A DNA stretch of 45,082 bases, from NCBI GenBank assembly GCA_965371165.1, contig CBDUXJ010000002.1, forward strand, positions 1 through 45,082, read 5' to 3'. The position numbers were made by a program, and so were the translations under genes. This document shows, one piece after another, positions 1-8,745 of the stretch; the first letter of the stretch is position 1, and every line of letters starts with the position of its first letter. The notes beneath the pieces were generated by a model. The model was not told the origin of the DNA. It did no database searches and worked only from the letters and a program-made list of their open reading frames with translations. The DNA comes from an uncultured Syntrophobacterales bacterium. GTDB taxonomy: Bacteria; Desulfobacterota; BSN033; WVXP01; G020346125.

Positions 1-65
1 TTCGCTCGTTCCGAGCATCCCGCCCGCAAAGGGTAGAACAATCCAATTAGTGGAATGATGGGGCG
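1..65 (-). repeat. Partial intergenic repeat (family B-like module) cut by the window edge
   Basis: Reverse complement of 41-61 is CCATCATTCCACTAATTGGAT, matching CCATCATTCCACTATTCCATT at 24401-24421. Positions 4-16 form a GCTCG-TTC-CGAGC hairpin resembling the GCTCA-N6-TGAGC module of family A. Confidence 0.35.
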
Positions 66-81
66 GCCGTATTTCGAGCTA

Positions 82-1665
82 CTAATGGTCGCTCCATTTC
101 CCATAACGTTCCCTGAGAATCCTGTGGAGAATCTTTCCGGTTCCCGTCCTGGGCATCTCCTCATCTTTGATAAAATCGACAGACTTGGGGATCTTATAGC
201 CGGCAATTTTGCCCCGGCAATGCTGGGTCAGTTCCGCGGCCAGGTCCTCTGACGGTGTATATTTTTCATAGAGGATCACTACAGCCTTGACCGCTTCTCC
301 CCACTTTTCGTGGGGCACCCCGATGACCGCAACATCCTTCACAGCAGCATGGCTCCCTACTATGTTTTCGACCTCGGATGGGTACACGTTCTCCCCTCCC
401 GTGATGATCATATTGGCCTTTCTGTCTACCAGATAGTAATAGCCTTCCTCATCTCTTTTTCCCATATCCCCAGCCGTTGACCACTCGCCCTCGAACACTT
501 CCCTGGTCTTCTTCGGGTCTTTCCAGTATTCCTTGAAGACTACGGGTGTCCTGACAAATATCTCTCCCACTTCACCATCGGGAACTTCCCTTCGGTTCTC
601 ATCGAGAATTTTGATCCGGTCTATCCCGAAGATCTCCTTTCCAATGGAGCCGAGCTTCTCCATCTGATCTTCGGGCCGCAAGAGGGTCATCAGGCCCTGT
701 TCCGTTGATCCGTATGCCTCCCAAAGCTCGGCATTCTGGAAGTATTTCATGATTTCGATTTTGGTATCTTTCCTGGCGGGAGCCGAGGAGATGAGAAGCT
801 GGCGAATCGAGCTCACATCATACTTACGCTTTACCTCATCGGGAAGAGCCAACATCATGATGTAGTGGGTGGGAACTAATGAGGTGAAAGTTATCTTCTC
901 CTCGTCAATGGTTCGGATAAGATCCTCGGGGTCGAAACTGATCATGTTATAGACGAAGCAACTTCCCCCCACATATGTGTACGAAAATGAGTAAAAGATG
1001 GAGTTAATATGACACATGGGCATGACCAACATTACCTTATCATCAGGCCTAACGGCCATATTGATATCGTTCAGGATGTACTCTGCGATATTACCCTCGT
1101 GGGTTCTCACCACGCCCTTTGGCCGTCCCGTAGTCCCCGACGTATACATAATATTCCAGATATCCGCGGAATCAACGACCACATCCGGCTGGCTTGGCGC
1201 CCCTTTTTCCATGAGATCCTCATAGTGAAGATACCCCTCGGGTGGCTTTCCGCTCCCCATATAGACGTAATTCTCTTGGGGAACGGGCAGCTTATCCCGC
1301 ATGCTGGCTATTATTTCGATGAACTCCTCTGCCACCAGAAAGGCCTTGCTCTCGGAATGGTTGATGATGTATTCGATTTCAGGTGGGGCCAAGCGAAACA
1401 TAACGGGAACGGTAATCTGTCCTCCCCTGGCGGAAGCGGCATAGATCTCCATCCATTCGATGCAATTATATGCCAGAATGGCAAAACGGTCGCCCTTTTT
1501 CACCCCCAGATCGGATAGGGCATTGGCCAAACGATTCGCCCGCTCGTCCCATTCCTTGAAGGTGGCCTGCCTGAACTTATCCTTGATGGCTACCTTATCG
1601 GGGACGTTTATGGCGTGCATCTTAAGCACGTCTCCCGCGTGTAACCACTTGCTCTTTAATACCAT
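82..1665 (-). CDS. AMP-dependent acyl-CoA synthetase/ligase (ANL superfamily, FadD-like)
   Basis: 527-aa ORF with AMP-binding signature YTSGTTGRPKGV, plus GYYYLVDRKANMIITGGENVYPSEVE and C-terminal PRTGTGKI. SD-like GGGGAAAAGAG lies upstream of the ATG. Confidence 0.9.
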   Translation of the reverse strand: MVLKSKWLHAGDVLKMHAINVPDKVAIKDKFRQATFKEWDERANRLANALSDLGVKKGDRFAILAYNCIEWMEIYAASARGGQITVPVMFRLAPPEIEYIINHSESKAFLVAEEFIEIIASMRDKLPVPQENYVYMGSGKPPEGYLHYEDLMEKGAPSQPDVVVDSADIWNIMYTSGTTGRPKGVVRTHEGNIAEYILNDINMAVRPDDKVMLVMPMCHINSIFYSFSYTYVGGSCFVYNMISFDPEDLIRTIDEEKITFTSLVPTHYIMMLALPDEVKRKYDVSSIRQLLISSAPARKDTKIEIMKYFQNAELWEAYGSTEQGLMTLLRPEDQMEKLGSIGKEIFGIDRIKILDENRREVPDGEVGEIFVRTPVVFKEYWKDPKKTREVFEGEWSTAGDMGKRDEEGYYYLVDRKANMIITGGENVYPSEVENIVGSHAAVKDVAVIGVPHEKWGEAVKAVVILYEKYTPSEDLAAELTQHCRGKIAGYKIPKSVDFIKDEEMPRTGTGKILHRILRERYGKWSDH

Positions 1666-1856
1666 TTCTCTTTTCCCCGTGGCTTTGTGTTTTTTTGTAT
1701 TCTAATCCTGCGTTTTATCCTTGTCAATCTTTTTCGGCCTCTTCCAACAAGGACCTCCATCCCCCGTGTTCGAATCCAAATCCACTACCTTGCAAAGAAC
1801 CCCGTGATCGGCTATCATCCATGCACATATTCCCGCACTTTTCCTCGGAGGTGAAT

Positions 1857-2249
1857 ATGGAAATCCTTATGGAACCCAAGATCCGCTTGTTTCTCGTCCC
1901 CTTTTTATTCTTCCTCATATCCGTCCTGATAAACCTCATTCAGCACCATTACTACAGGAGACGGGCGGATCGCTTCCTCAACAAGCAAGAGTCGCTCTTC
2001 CGTTCCCTTACAGGGCTCCATAACTCCCTGGGCAAGCTGGAGACCGCCTGTGCCCTGGAAATGGAGATGACCACCTCCCTGAAAGACATGGGGAAAGCTA
2101 TTCATATCGCCCGAGCCCACCTAAGCTCCTCTATAGCGGATATCGAGGGCAACCTTCATTCTTTTCGAGAGTACAGGGTGAGGGAAAAGGCACGGGAAAA
2201 ACATAAGCGGGGATTAGACACGGGCCGTGGGAAAAAACCATCGAAATAG
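1857..2249 (+). CDS. Hypothetical small membrane-anchored protein (one N-terminal TM helix, charged C-terminal tail)
   Basis: Internal ATG at 1857 preceded by GGAGGTG. Hydrophobic segment LFLVPFLFFLISVLINLI followed by a charged, helical-looking region. No recognisable family. Confidence 0.4.
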   Translation: MEILMEPKIRLFLVPFLFFLISVLINLIQHHYYRRRADRFLNKQESLFRSLTGLHNSLGKLETACALEMEMTTSLKDMGKAIHIARAHLSSSIADIEGNLHSFREYRVREKAREKHKRGLDTGRGKKPSK

Positions 2250-2343
2250 AGAAGCTCTGATGCTAAAATCCGCAAGGAGCTCCTTGTCTTTTCCACTGGA
2301 TTTAGCTATAGAAAAGTGATCTTCGGAACAGGAGGGGATTGCC

Positions 2344-2769
2344 ATGGAAATAGAGGGATATAGCTTTCCTGATGATCTCTACTACGACAAGGAGCACTGT
2401 TGGTGTCGTGTGGAGGGAAATGTGGCGGTAACCGGAACAACGGATTTCGCCCAAAAAATGGCCGGGGAAATCGTCTATGTCCAATTACCATTGGTGGGCA
2501 AATCAGTAACACAGGGGAAACCCTGTGCTGCCCTTGAATCGGGGAAGTGGGTAGGTCGTATTTACGCGGTTGTATCGGGAAAAGTCGTGGAGGTGAATGA
2601 GGGGCTCGAGGATAACCCTCAACTAATCAACGACGGACCCTATGAACAGGGATGGATATTCAAGACCGAACCGAGCGATCTCGAAGGGGAATTGAAAAAT
2701 CTGATGCAAGGTGATGATCTTGTTCGATTCATCAAATCAGAGATCATCCGAGTAGCAGCAGAGAGGTAA
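2344..2769 (+). CDS. gcvH: Glycine-cleavage H-type lipoyl carrier protein (stand-alone GcvH-like)
   Basis: 141 aa. YDKEHCW, GEIVYVQLP, CAALESGKWVGRIYAVVSGKVVEVN and PYEQGWIFK align with E. coli GcvH, with the lipoyl-lysine position conserved (ESGK, codon at 2545-2547). SD AGGAGGGG upstream. Confidence 0.85.
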   Translation: MEIEGYSFPDDLYYDKEHCWCRVEGNVAVTGTTDFAQKMAGEIVYVQLPLVGKSVTQGKPCAALESGKWVGRIYAVVSGKVVEVNEGLEDNPQLINDGPYEQGWIFKTEPSDLEGELKNLMQGDDLVRFIKSEIIRVAAER

Positions 2770-3030
2770 TCCAACCGCCCGGTTTCATACCTGTAGATTC
2801 CCCCAAAGGCCATCGTCCAATCCAAATCGGAGGGGCCCTAATAGCACCCCTACCCCTCCCCACAGTTCATTACCCACCATTGCCGATCCTGTTTGAGCCA
2901 TCCATTCCGTCTGATTTAAAGCGGTTGGAATTCCGTTACCATTGATGAAGTGACCGTAATTTGTCCTTTGCATAGAAAAAAAATAGGCGATTGAAAAAGG
3001 AAGTGGAAAGAATATATATTTGATAATTAT

Positions 3031-3220
3031 GACGGCTTCGTAAAAAGTCCATCTGCCGTTCGACATGCTCACGGCCCTGAGCAAAGCCGAAGGGCTGCGT
3101 TGCGCTTCATCTTTAGTCACTGCAGCGTACTTCTATGTACGCCTCATTCCTCAGGATTTGCGCGCCTTGCATCTGGATCTTTTTTCTTTGCCGTCTGATT
3201 TATGACTTTTTACGAGACCA
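3031..3220 (+). repeat. Repeat family A, copy 1 (MITE-like, about 190 bp)
   Basis: Only 3 mismatches against copy 2 (12271-12420) outside a 42-nt indel. First 60 nt are 59/60 identical to copy 3 (45023-45082). Bracketed by the perfect 11-nt inverted repeat CGTAAAAAGTC (3039-3049) / GACTTTTTACG (3204-3214). Confidence 0.85.
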
Positions 3221-3321
3221 TCAACTTTAGAATGATCAAAAATTTTTTTTAGAGAGCGAAAGGAGATTTGAGCAACAACCCGTTAAGACCTGAGCATCGA
3301 GGGAAGAGCGTAGGAGGTATT

Positions 3322-5883
3322 ATGGATTATATCGAAAAAATCGAGGGGATTGTAGGAGGGGAAAATGTCCGAAGGGATGAAATCGAGAGGCTCTGTTACT
3401 CCAGGGATCTATCGGTCCACGAGGCGATTCCCGATGTGATCGTATTCGCCAAGAGCTCGGAGGAGGTTTCCAAAATTCTCGCCGCAGCCAATGAGGAAAA
3501 GATCCCTGTAACCCCAAGGGGTTCGGGCACGAGTGCCGTGGGGGGGGCCTTGGCCGCAAAAGGGGGAATCCTGCTCGATTTCAGTCGAATGGACCATATT
3601 CTGGAAATCAACGGGCAGGATGGATATGTCATAGCTGAACCAGGGGTAATTTGTAATAACCTGAACATGGCCTTGGCGCCCACCCATTTCTTCCCCCCCG
3701 ATCCCGCCAGTGCCACCCTCGCTTCCCTCGGGGGTATGGTCTCCACCAACGCCAGCGGAAATCGTGCCCTGAAATACGGGACGACGAAACAGTACGTGCT
3801 GGGGCTGGAGGTCGTTCTGGCCGATGGGAGGATTATCACTACGGGGTCGACCCTTGGCAAGTCCTCGGCCGGATATGACCTTACACACCTCTTCACTCAA
3901 TCAGAGGGTACTCTGGGCATCATCACAAAGGTCATCCTGAGGATCTTACCCATGCCCGAATACATTGCCTATGCCGAAGCGCGGTTTCCCACTCTCATGG
4001 ATGCGGGAAAGGCGGCCGAGGAGATCCTCACTGCCGGTATTGCCCTATCTTCGTGCGAGATATTGGATAAGACCTCCATCGATGTGGTCAACAAGGCCAT
4101 GGGGCTTAATATCCCGGATAATGTTGGATGCATCCTGTTTATCGAAATCGATGGCAAGAAACAGACCGTCAAAGCAGACATCCGGAAGATTAACAGGATC
4201 TGCAAGGCCAACAACGGCATCGAGAATAATTGGGACGATGACCCCGATAAACGGCTCAAGATGTGGGCAGCACGCCAAGGCATCATCGCCTCCTTATCCA
4301 CGGTAAAGAGGGGCTCAAGGCTTCAGTCCGTGGTGGAGGATTTTGGAGTCCCCATTACCAAAATTCCACAAACGATACAAGAAATTCAGAAAATCAGTGA
4401 AAAACACAACTTCCCCATCGCTACCTTCGGGCATATCGGAGACGGAAACCTCCATGCCGTCATCATATCCGATCCGAGAAATAAGGGGGAATGGGATATG
4501 GTGAGGAAAATCGCCGATGATTTCATCGAGCTCACCTTGCGGCTCAACGGGACCTTAACGGCTGAGCATGGAATCGGGATGGCAAAATCCCCTTACATTC
4601 GCCTGGAATTGGGCGAAGGCCACCAAGTCATGAAGGAAATAAAGGCAGCCCTGGATCCCAATAATATCCTCAATCCGGGGAAAATGGGCTTCGATGATTC
4701 CATTAGGGATATCTATGACTGTTTCGCCTTTCAAGGGGTAACAGAAGGGTTGCGAAGCTTTGGGAAGGCCGTTGATGACGAGATTTTTGCCTGCATCATG
4801 TGTGGCTTTTGCCGAGCGGGGTGCCCCGTATATAAGGAGACATCCCTTGAATCGAAGAATGCCCGCGGAAGGGTCATCTTGGCCTACAACATGCTCAAAG
4901 GGAGGCTCGGACCATCGAAGGAACTTGCGGAAAGGTTCTATCAGTGTACTATGTGCCTGCATTGTAAGGCGACCTGCCCAGCGGGAATTCAGGTAGACGA
5001 TGTCGTAGAATCTGCTCGCAAGAGGTTAGTCGAGGCGGGATACCTACCCGATGTCCACAAGAACCTCTTAGAAAGCATCTCCAAATACGGGAACCCGCTC
5101 AATGAGCCCTCCGATAAGAGGACGGATGTCTACCCATCCACCTATGTCGATAAAGTCGCTGATATCTTGCTGTTTTTCGGTTGCGTTAGCAGCTATCAGG
5201 ATATCAACATCGTCCCCGATACCATGGAGATTTTGGATAAAGCGGGCATCGATTACGCCACCATGGGCAATGAGGAACACTGTTGCGGGTACCTGGCCTA
5301 CCTGGTGGGCGCACCTCATTTCAGGGACTCTATGAATAATAGCCTGAAGCGGCTTTCCAAATTCAACCCCAAGACCCTTGTGGCCACCTGCGCCGGCTGT
5401 TACAGGACCTTTAAACAGATTTACCCTCAATATTCCGATTTCAACATTGATGTTCGCCATGCCGTCGAATATTTCGAAAGGCTGATCAGTGAGGGGAGAA
5501 TTCACTTCAGGGACGGATTTTCCGGGAAAGTGGTCTATCATGACCCCTGTGATATTGGTAGGCATATGGAGATCTACGAACCCCCCAGAACTATCCTGAA
5601 GCATATCCCCGGTCTGGAGCTCGTGGAGTTTAAACAGAACCGAAATCTGGCCAACTGTTGTGGAGGTGGAGGTGGAATGAAGGGTTACGACAACGAGTTG
5701 AGTTCGGCCCTGGCTTATAAGAGAATCACGGAGGCCTTGGATGTCGGTGCCGATATGGTCATTTCCGCATGTCCGGCTTGTAAGAGCAACCTCCACGTTG
5801 CCGCTGCAAGGCTGCGAAAGGAAAAGAAGGGCAGGATCAAGGTGATGGATATCACAGAGGTTGTGGCCCAGAGTATTGAATAA
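3322..5883 (+). CDS. FAD-linked 2-hydroxyacid oxidase/dehydrogenase (GlcD/D-lactate dehydrogenase-like) fused to a GlcF/HdrD-like Fe-S plus CCG-domain module
   Basis: N-terminal FAD-binding and oxidase domains (PRGSGTS, LTAEHGIGMAK, LDPNNILNPGKM). Then two CxxCxxCxxxCP motifs (CIMCGFCRAGCP, CTMCLHCKATCP) and two CCG-type cysteine-rich domains (HCCGY, NCCGGGGG, ACPACK). Start set at ATG 3322 behind GGAGGT rather than the TTG at 3268. Confidence 0.9.
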   Translation: MDYIEKIEGIVGGENVRRDEIERLCYSRDLSVHEAIPDVIVFAKSSEEVSKILAAANEEKIPVTPRGSGTSAVGGALAAKGGILLDFSRMDHILEINGQDGYVIAEPGVICNNLNMALAPTHFFPPDPASATLASLGGMVSTNASGNRALKYGTTKQYVLGLEVVLADGRIITTGSTLGKSSAGYDLTHLFTQSEGTLGIITKVILRILPMPEYIAYAEARFPTLMDAGKAAEEILTAGIALSSCEILDKTSIDVVNKAMGLNIPDNVGCILFIEIDGKKQTVKADIRKINRICKANNGIENNWDDDPDKRLKMWAARQGIIASLSTVKRGSRLQSVVEDFGVPITKIPQTIQEIQKISEKHNFPIATFGHIGDGNLHAVIISDPRNKGEWDMVRKIADDFIELTLRLNGTLTAEHGIGMAKSPYIRLELGEGHQVMKEIKAALDPNNILNPGKMGFDDSIRDIYDCFAFQGVTEGLRSFGKAVDDEIFACIMCGFCRAGCPVYKETSLESKNARGRVILAYNMLKGRLGPSKELAERFYQCTMCLHCKATCPAGIQVDDVVESARKRLVEAGYLPDVHKNLLESISKYGNPLNEPSDKRTDVYPSTYVDKVADILLFFGCVSSYQDINIVPDTMEILDKAGIDYATMGNEEHCCGYLAYLVGAPHFRDSMNNSLKRLSKFNPKTLVATCAGCYRTFKQIYPQYSDFNIDVRHAVEYFERLISEGRIHFRDGFSGKVVYHDPCDIGRHMEIYEPPRTILKHIPGLELVEFKQNRNLANCCGGGGGMKGYDNELSSALAYKRITEALDVGADMVISACPACKSNLHVAAARLRKEKKGRIKVMDITEVVAQSIE

Positions 5884-5902
5884 AGGGACGCACTACCCTC
5901 TA

Positions 5903-7597
5903 TCAACGGTTTGCCGTGATCTCCTTCCCTAAGGTGTAACGCTTAATTTTCCTGGTGGACGTTTTGGGAAATGGTTCATCCCGAATCCGAAATTTCTTTA
6001 CCCGTTTATATTCGGCCAGGTTTTTCCCGTATTGCTTGATTTCGGATTTGATGAGCTCCTTGATATCCCCAGGGGTCATGTGCTCGATTCCCCTCTCCTT
6101 CGAGTAGAGATCGATGCCCTCCTGATTGCAATAGACGAGGGCATGGACCTCCTCGACGAAGGGGGAAACCTTTTGTCCGTAAACCATAACCTCTTCGATG
6201 TAAGGGCTTTTTAAGAGTTGCTGCTCCACTTCTTCCGGGTATATATTCTTCCCCTTTGCCGTGACGATGAGATTCCTTACCCTCCCCTTGACGTAGAGAA
6301 ATCCCTCATCATCTATAGATCCCAAATCGCCCGTGCGATACCACCCATCTACCAAAACCTCCTCGGTGGCCTCCGGATTGTTGAAGTATCCCTTCATCAC
6401 ATGAGGTCCCTTAACCCATATTTCCCCTATCCCTTCTTCGTTGGGATCGTGGATCCTAACCTCCACGCCAGGTATCGGCTTCCCCACCGAACCCTCCTTC
6501 GTCATCCCATCGTATTCAAAGGAGATGACCGGTGAGGTCTCCGTTATTCCATATCCTTGAAAGATCTTAAATCCCAATTCCCTTATCCCTTTCGCTATTT
6601 CCGGGTCCAGGGCAGCTCCGCCGCTGATGAGACGGATATCCTTCCCCAATTCTCCTTGAATTCTTCTGGTCACTATCCCCCTCAAGAGTTTTGTGCGGAA
6701 TAACATTTTGCTGAAGAGATTGGAATCTATTTTCCTCATGATACGGGTGTACATTTTATCGAAGAGGGCGGGTACGCCCAAGACGAAGTTGGGCTTCACC
6801 TCCGATATATTCGAGGCGACCTTTTTGAGGCTCTCACAGAATGAGATGGTGCCGCCCATATAAATTGGGGCTAATATACCACATGTGGCTTCGTAGACAT
6901 GATTGATCGGGAGAATGGATAAGGTATGTATCTTCTCATCTATCCCTGCATGTTCGACGAAGGATTGAATATTGGAGACAATATTCCGATTTGTTAACAC
7001 GACCCCCTTTGACCTTCCCGTGGTCCCCGACGTGTAGATAATTGCCACAACATCATCCCGCTTCAACTCGTGGTGGATGAAGGTATCATTATGTCTTATG
7101 TGATCGATCCCAACGTGCTCCACTCCGCCCATATCGGGAAAGGGGTAATCCTCCGACGCCTGGCTATCCCACTTGTCCCCCATCATGGGGTCTAAAAGAA
7201 TCACCCTTTCCAATGAGGGGAGTAGACCGATCACCTCGCAAAGGGTTTCCAAGTAATCGCGGGAGAGAATGATGAGCTTTGCCGAGGAGTCAATGAGGAT
7301 GTGTTTTATTTCGCTGGCCTTCAACTCCTTGTCGATGGGAACGACGATGCCCCCATTGAGGACAATCCCGAAATAGGATATCACCCATCCCGGTCCGTTA
7401 TGGGATAGTAAGGCGATTCGGTCTTTGGGCCTCATCCCGAGTTTAACCAATCCCGTACCAATATCCCTTGCCCATTCATGGAATTCACCATAGGTAATGC
7501 CCTTCCAACGCTCCCCGACCTTACACCTCAGCATGGGTTTTTCCTTGAAACGCTTTGCATTATGCTCCAACATCCTCGAAAGGGTAACTTCCTCCAC
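5903..7597 (-). CDS. AMP-dependent long-chain acyl-CoA synthetase/ligase
   Basis: 564 aa with YTSGTTGRSKGV, GYGITETSP, TGDLGSIDDEGFLYVKGRVRNLI and C-terminal KTSTRKIKR. GTG start at 7597 preceded by GGAAGAGG. Confidence 0.88.
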   Translation of the reverse strand: MEEVTLSRMLEHNAKRFKEKPMLRCKVGERWKGITYGEFHEWARDIGTGLVKLGMRPKDRIALLSHNGPGWVISYFGIVLNGGIVVPIDKELKASEIKHILIDSSAKLIILSRDYLETLCEVIGLLPSLERVILLDPMMGDKWDSQASEDYPFPDMGGVEHVGIDHIRHNDTFIHHELKRDDVVAIIYTSGTTGRSKGVVLTNRNIVSNIQSFVEHAGIDEKIHTLSILPINHVYEATCGILAPIYMGGTISFCESLKKVASNISEVKPNFVLGVPALFDKMYTRIMRKIDSNLFSKMLFRTKLLRGIVTRRIQGELGKDIRLISGGAALDPEIAKGIRELGFKIFQGYGITETSPVISFEYDGMTKEGSVGKPIPGVEVRIHDPNEEGIGEIWVKGPHVMKGYFNNPEATEEVLVDGWYRTGDLGSIDDEGFLYVKGRVRNLIVTAKGKNIYPEEVEQQLLKSPYIEEVMVYGQKVSPFVEEVHALVYCNQEGIDLYSKERGIEHMTPGDIKELIKSEIKQYGKNLAEYKRVKKFRIRDEPFPKTSTRKIKRYTLGKEITANR

Positions 7598-7621
7598 CTT
7601 GACCTCTTCCTTGAAGAGCTA

Positions 7622-8734
7622 TTAAAGGATTTGAGTCCTGATTCTCCTTCTGCGATCCTTGGGCAGGAAAATAGAAAAACTGGTCCCCTTTCCCTGCTGA
7701 CTCGATACCTGAATCGTTCCCCCCTGCTCCTTGATGATCCGATGAGCGGTTGCAAGGTTGATCCCGACCCTACCCGCTTTGGTGGAGAAGAAGGGGTCGA
7801 AGATTGCCCCGAGGTCCCCCTCGGAGATGCCGCGACCCGTATCGGAGATCTCTATACCAATAAAATCATCCTTGGGAAATAACTTGACATGGATCGACCC
7901 TCCTTCATTGATGGCTTCAAGGGCGTTATCCAAGATATAGCTGAGCGCCCTTGCTAAAAGGCCACCATCGATAAAAGGCATGGGATTCCAATTGGGTCTC
8001 TCCACTTCGAAGTCAATGACTAACTGTTTTTGAGACGCTTTCACCGAAAGAGATTTCAGCGAAGCCTCGATGATTTTCCGTATATTTTGCCGTTTATGAA
8101 CCGGTTTCGGGAGGATGGAGAATTCCTGAACCTGATCGATAATCGCTTCTAAGCGACCGATCTCCTTTTCAATCCTCTTAAAATAGCGGACTTGATCGCC
8201 TTGAGAAATTCTCCTCGATATCCTTTTGGCAAAACCGCCTATGGATACGATGGGATTCCTGATTTTGTGGGCAATTCCCTCGGTCATCGTTCCCAGGCTC
8301 GCCAACCGTTGGGATTCGAGGTAATCCCGTTCCAACTCCTTCAATTTTTCGATCTCCTGAATGGTAAAGATAATCCGATTCCCATCCCGTCCTTCACCCT
8401 GGTAGAGGGAGATTTCTAATTTTACAAATATCCTTGTCCCATTCTTACTCCGCAATAAGTTTTCCCCCTTATATTCTCCTTCAACCCGGGTTGTTTTCAA
8501 AATGTTGGGGAGAAAATAGGCCAAATCCTCGGGTAAGAACAGCATCCCAATGGATTTACCGATTGAGGCCCTCATGCCATAACCAAAAAGCTTTCTTGCC
8601 TTTTTGTTGAGAAAGAGCATTGTTCCAAATGTATCGGTAATGATAACGGCATTTTCGATGAGGTCTATGGCCCGATGAAGAAACCCGGGGGTTATGGAAA
8701 TTCCCCTCTCTTTTCCCTTCGGCGGACCAACCAT
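7622..8734 (-). CDS. PAS-domain sensor histidine kinase (no cognate response regulator in the window)
   Basis: PAS-like N-terminus (IENAVIITDTFGTMLFLNKKARKLFGY), H-box GIAHKIRNPIVSI, and ATPase N/G boxes (DNALEAI, ISDTGRGI, GINLATAHRIIKEQGG). Start moved to ATG 8734 (AGGGG SD, 12 nt after the upstream stop). The longer ORF overlaps the upstream gene. Confidence 0.85.
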   Translation of the reverse strand: MVGPPKGKERGISITPGFLHRAIDLIENAVIITDTFGTMLFLNKKARKLFGYGMRASIGKSIGMLFLPEDLAYFLPNILKTTRVEGEYKGENLLRSKNGTRIFVKLEISLYQGEGRDGNRIIFTIQEIEKLKELERDYLESQRLASLGTMTEGIAHKIRNPIVSIGGFAKRISRRISQGDQVRYFKRIEKEIGRLEAIIDQVQEFSILPKPVHKRQNIRKIIEASLKSLSVKASQKQLVIDFEVERPNWNPMPFIDGGLLARALSYILDNALEAINEGGSIHVKLFPKDDFIGIEISDTGRGISEGDLGAIFDPFFSTKAGRVGINLATAHRIIKEQGGTIQVSSQQGKGTSFSIFLPKDRRRRIRTQIL

Positions 8735-8745
8735 CTTAAACCCCT

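Noticed and set aside
1760-1790. GTTCGAATCC (tRNA T-loop-like) at 1767-1776, suggesting a tRNA gene or tRNA 3' fragment (att site)
   Set aside because: The flanking bases cannot form a T-stem (CCGTG versus CCAAA). No acceptor, D or anticodon arms can be drawn upstream, and no integrase is nearby. It is probably a chance match.
2785-3120. 111-aa minus-strand ORF between gcvH and the FAD/Fe-S gene
   Set aside because: Its N-terminal third is read straight through repeat family A copy 1 (..SALLRAVSMSNGRWTFYEAV..). It has no SD and no recognisable domain. The glycine-rich tail is low complexity. I treat it as a repeat-generated artefact.
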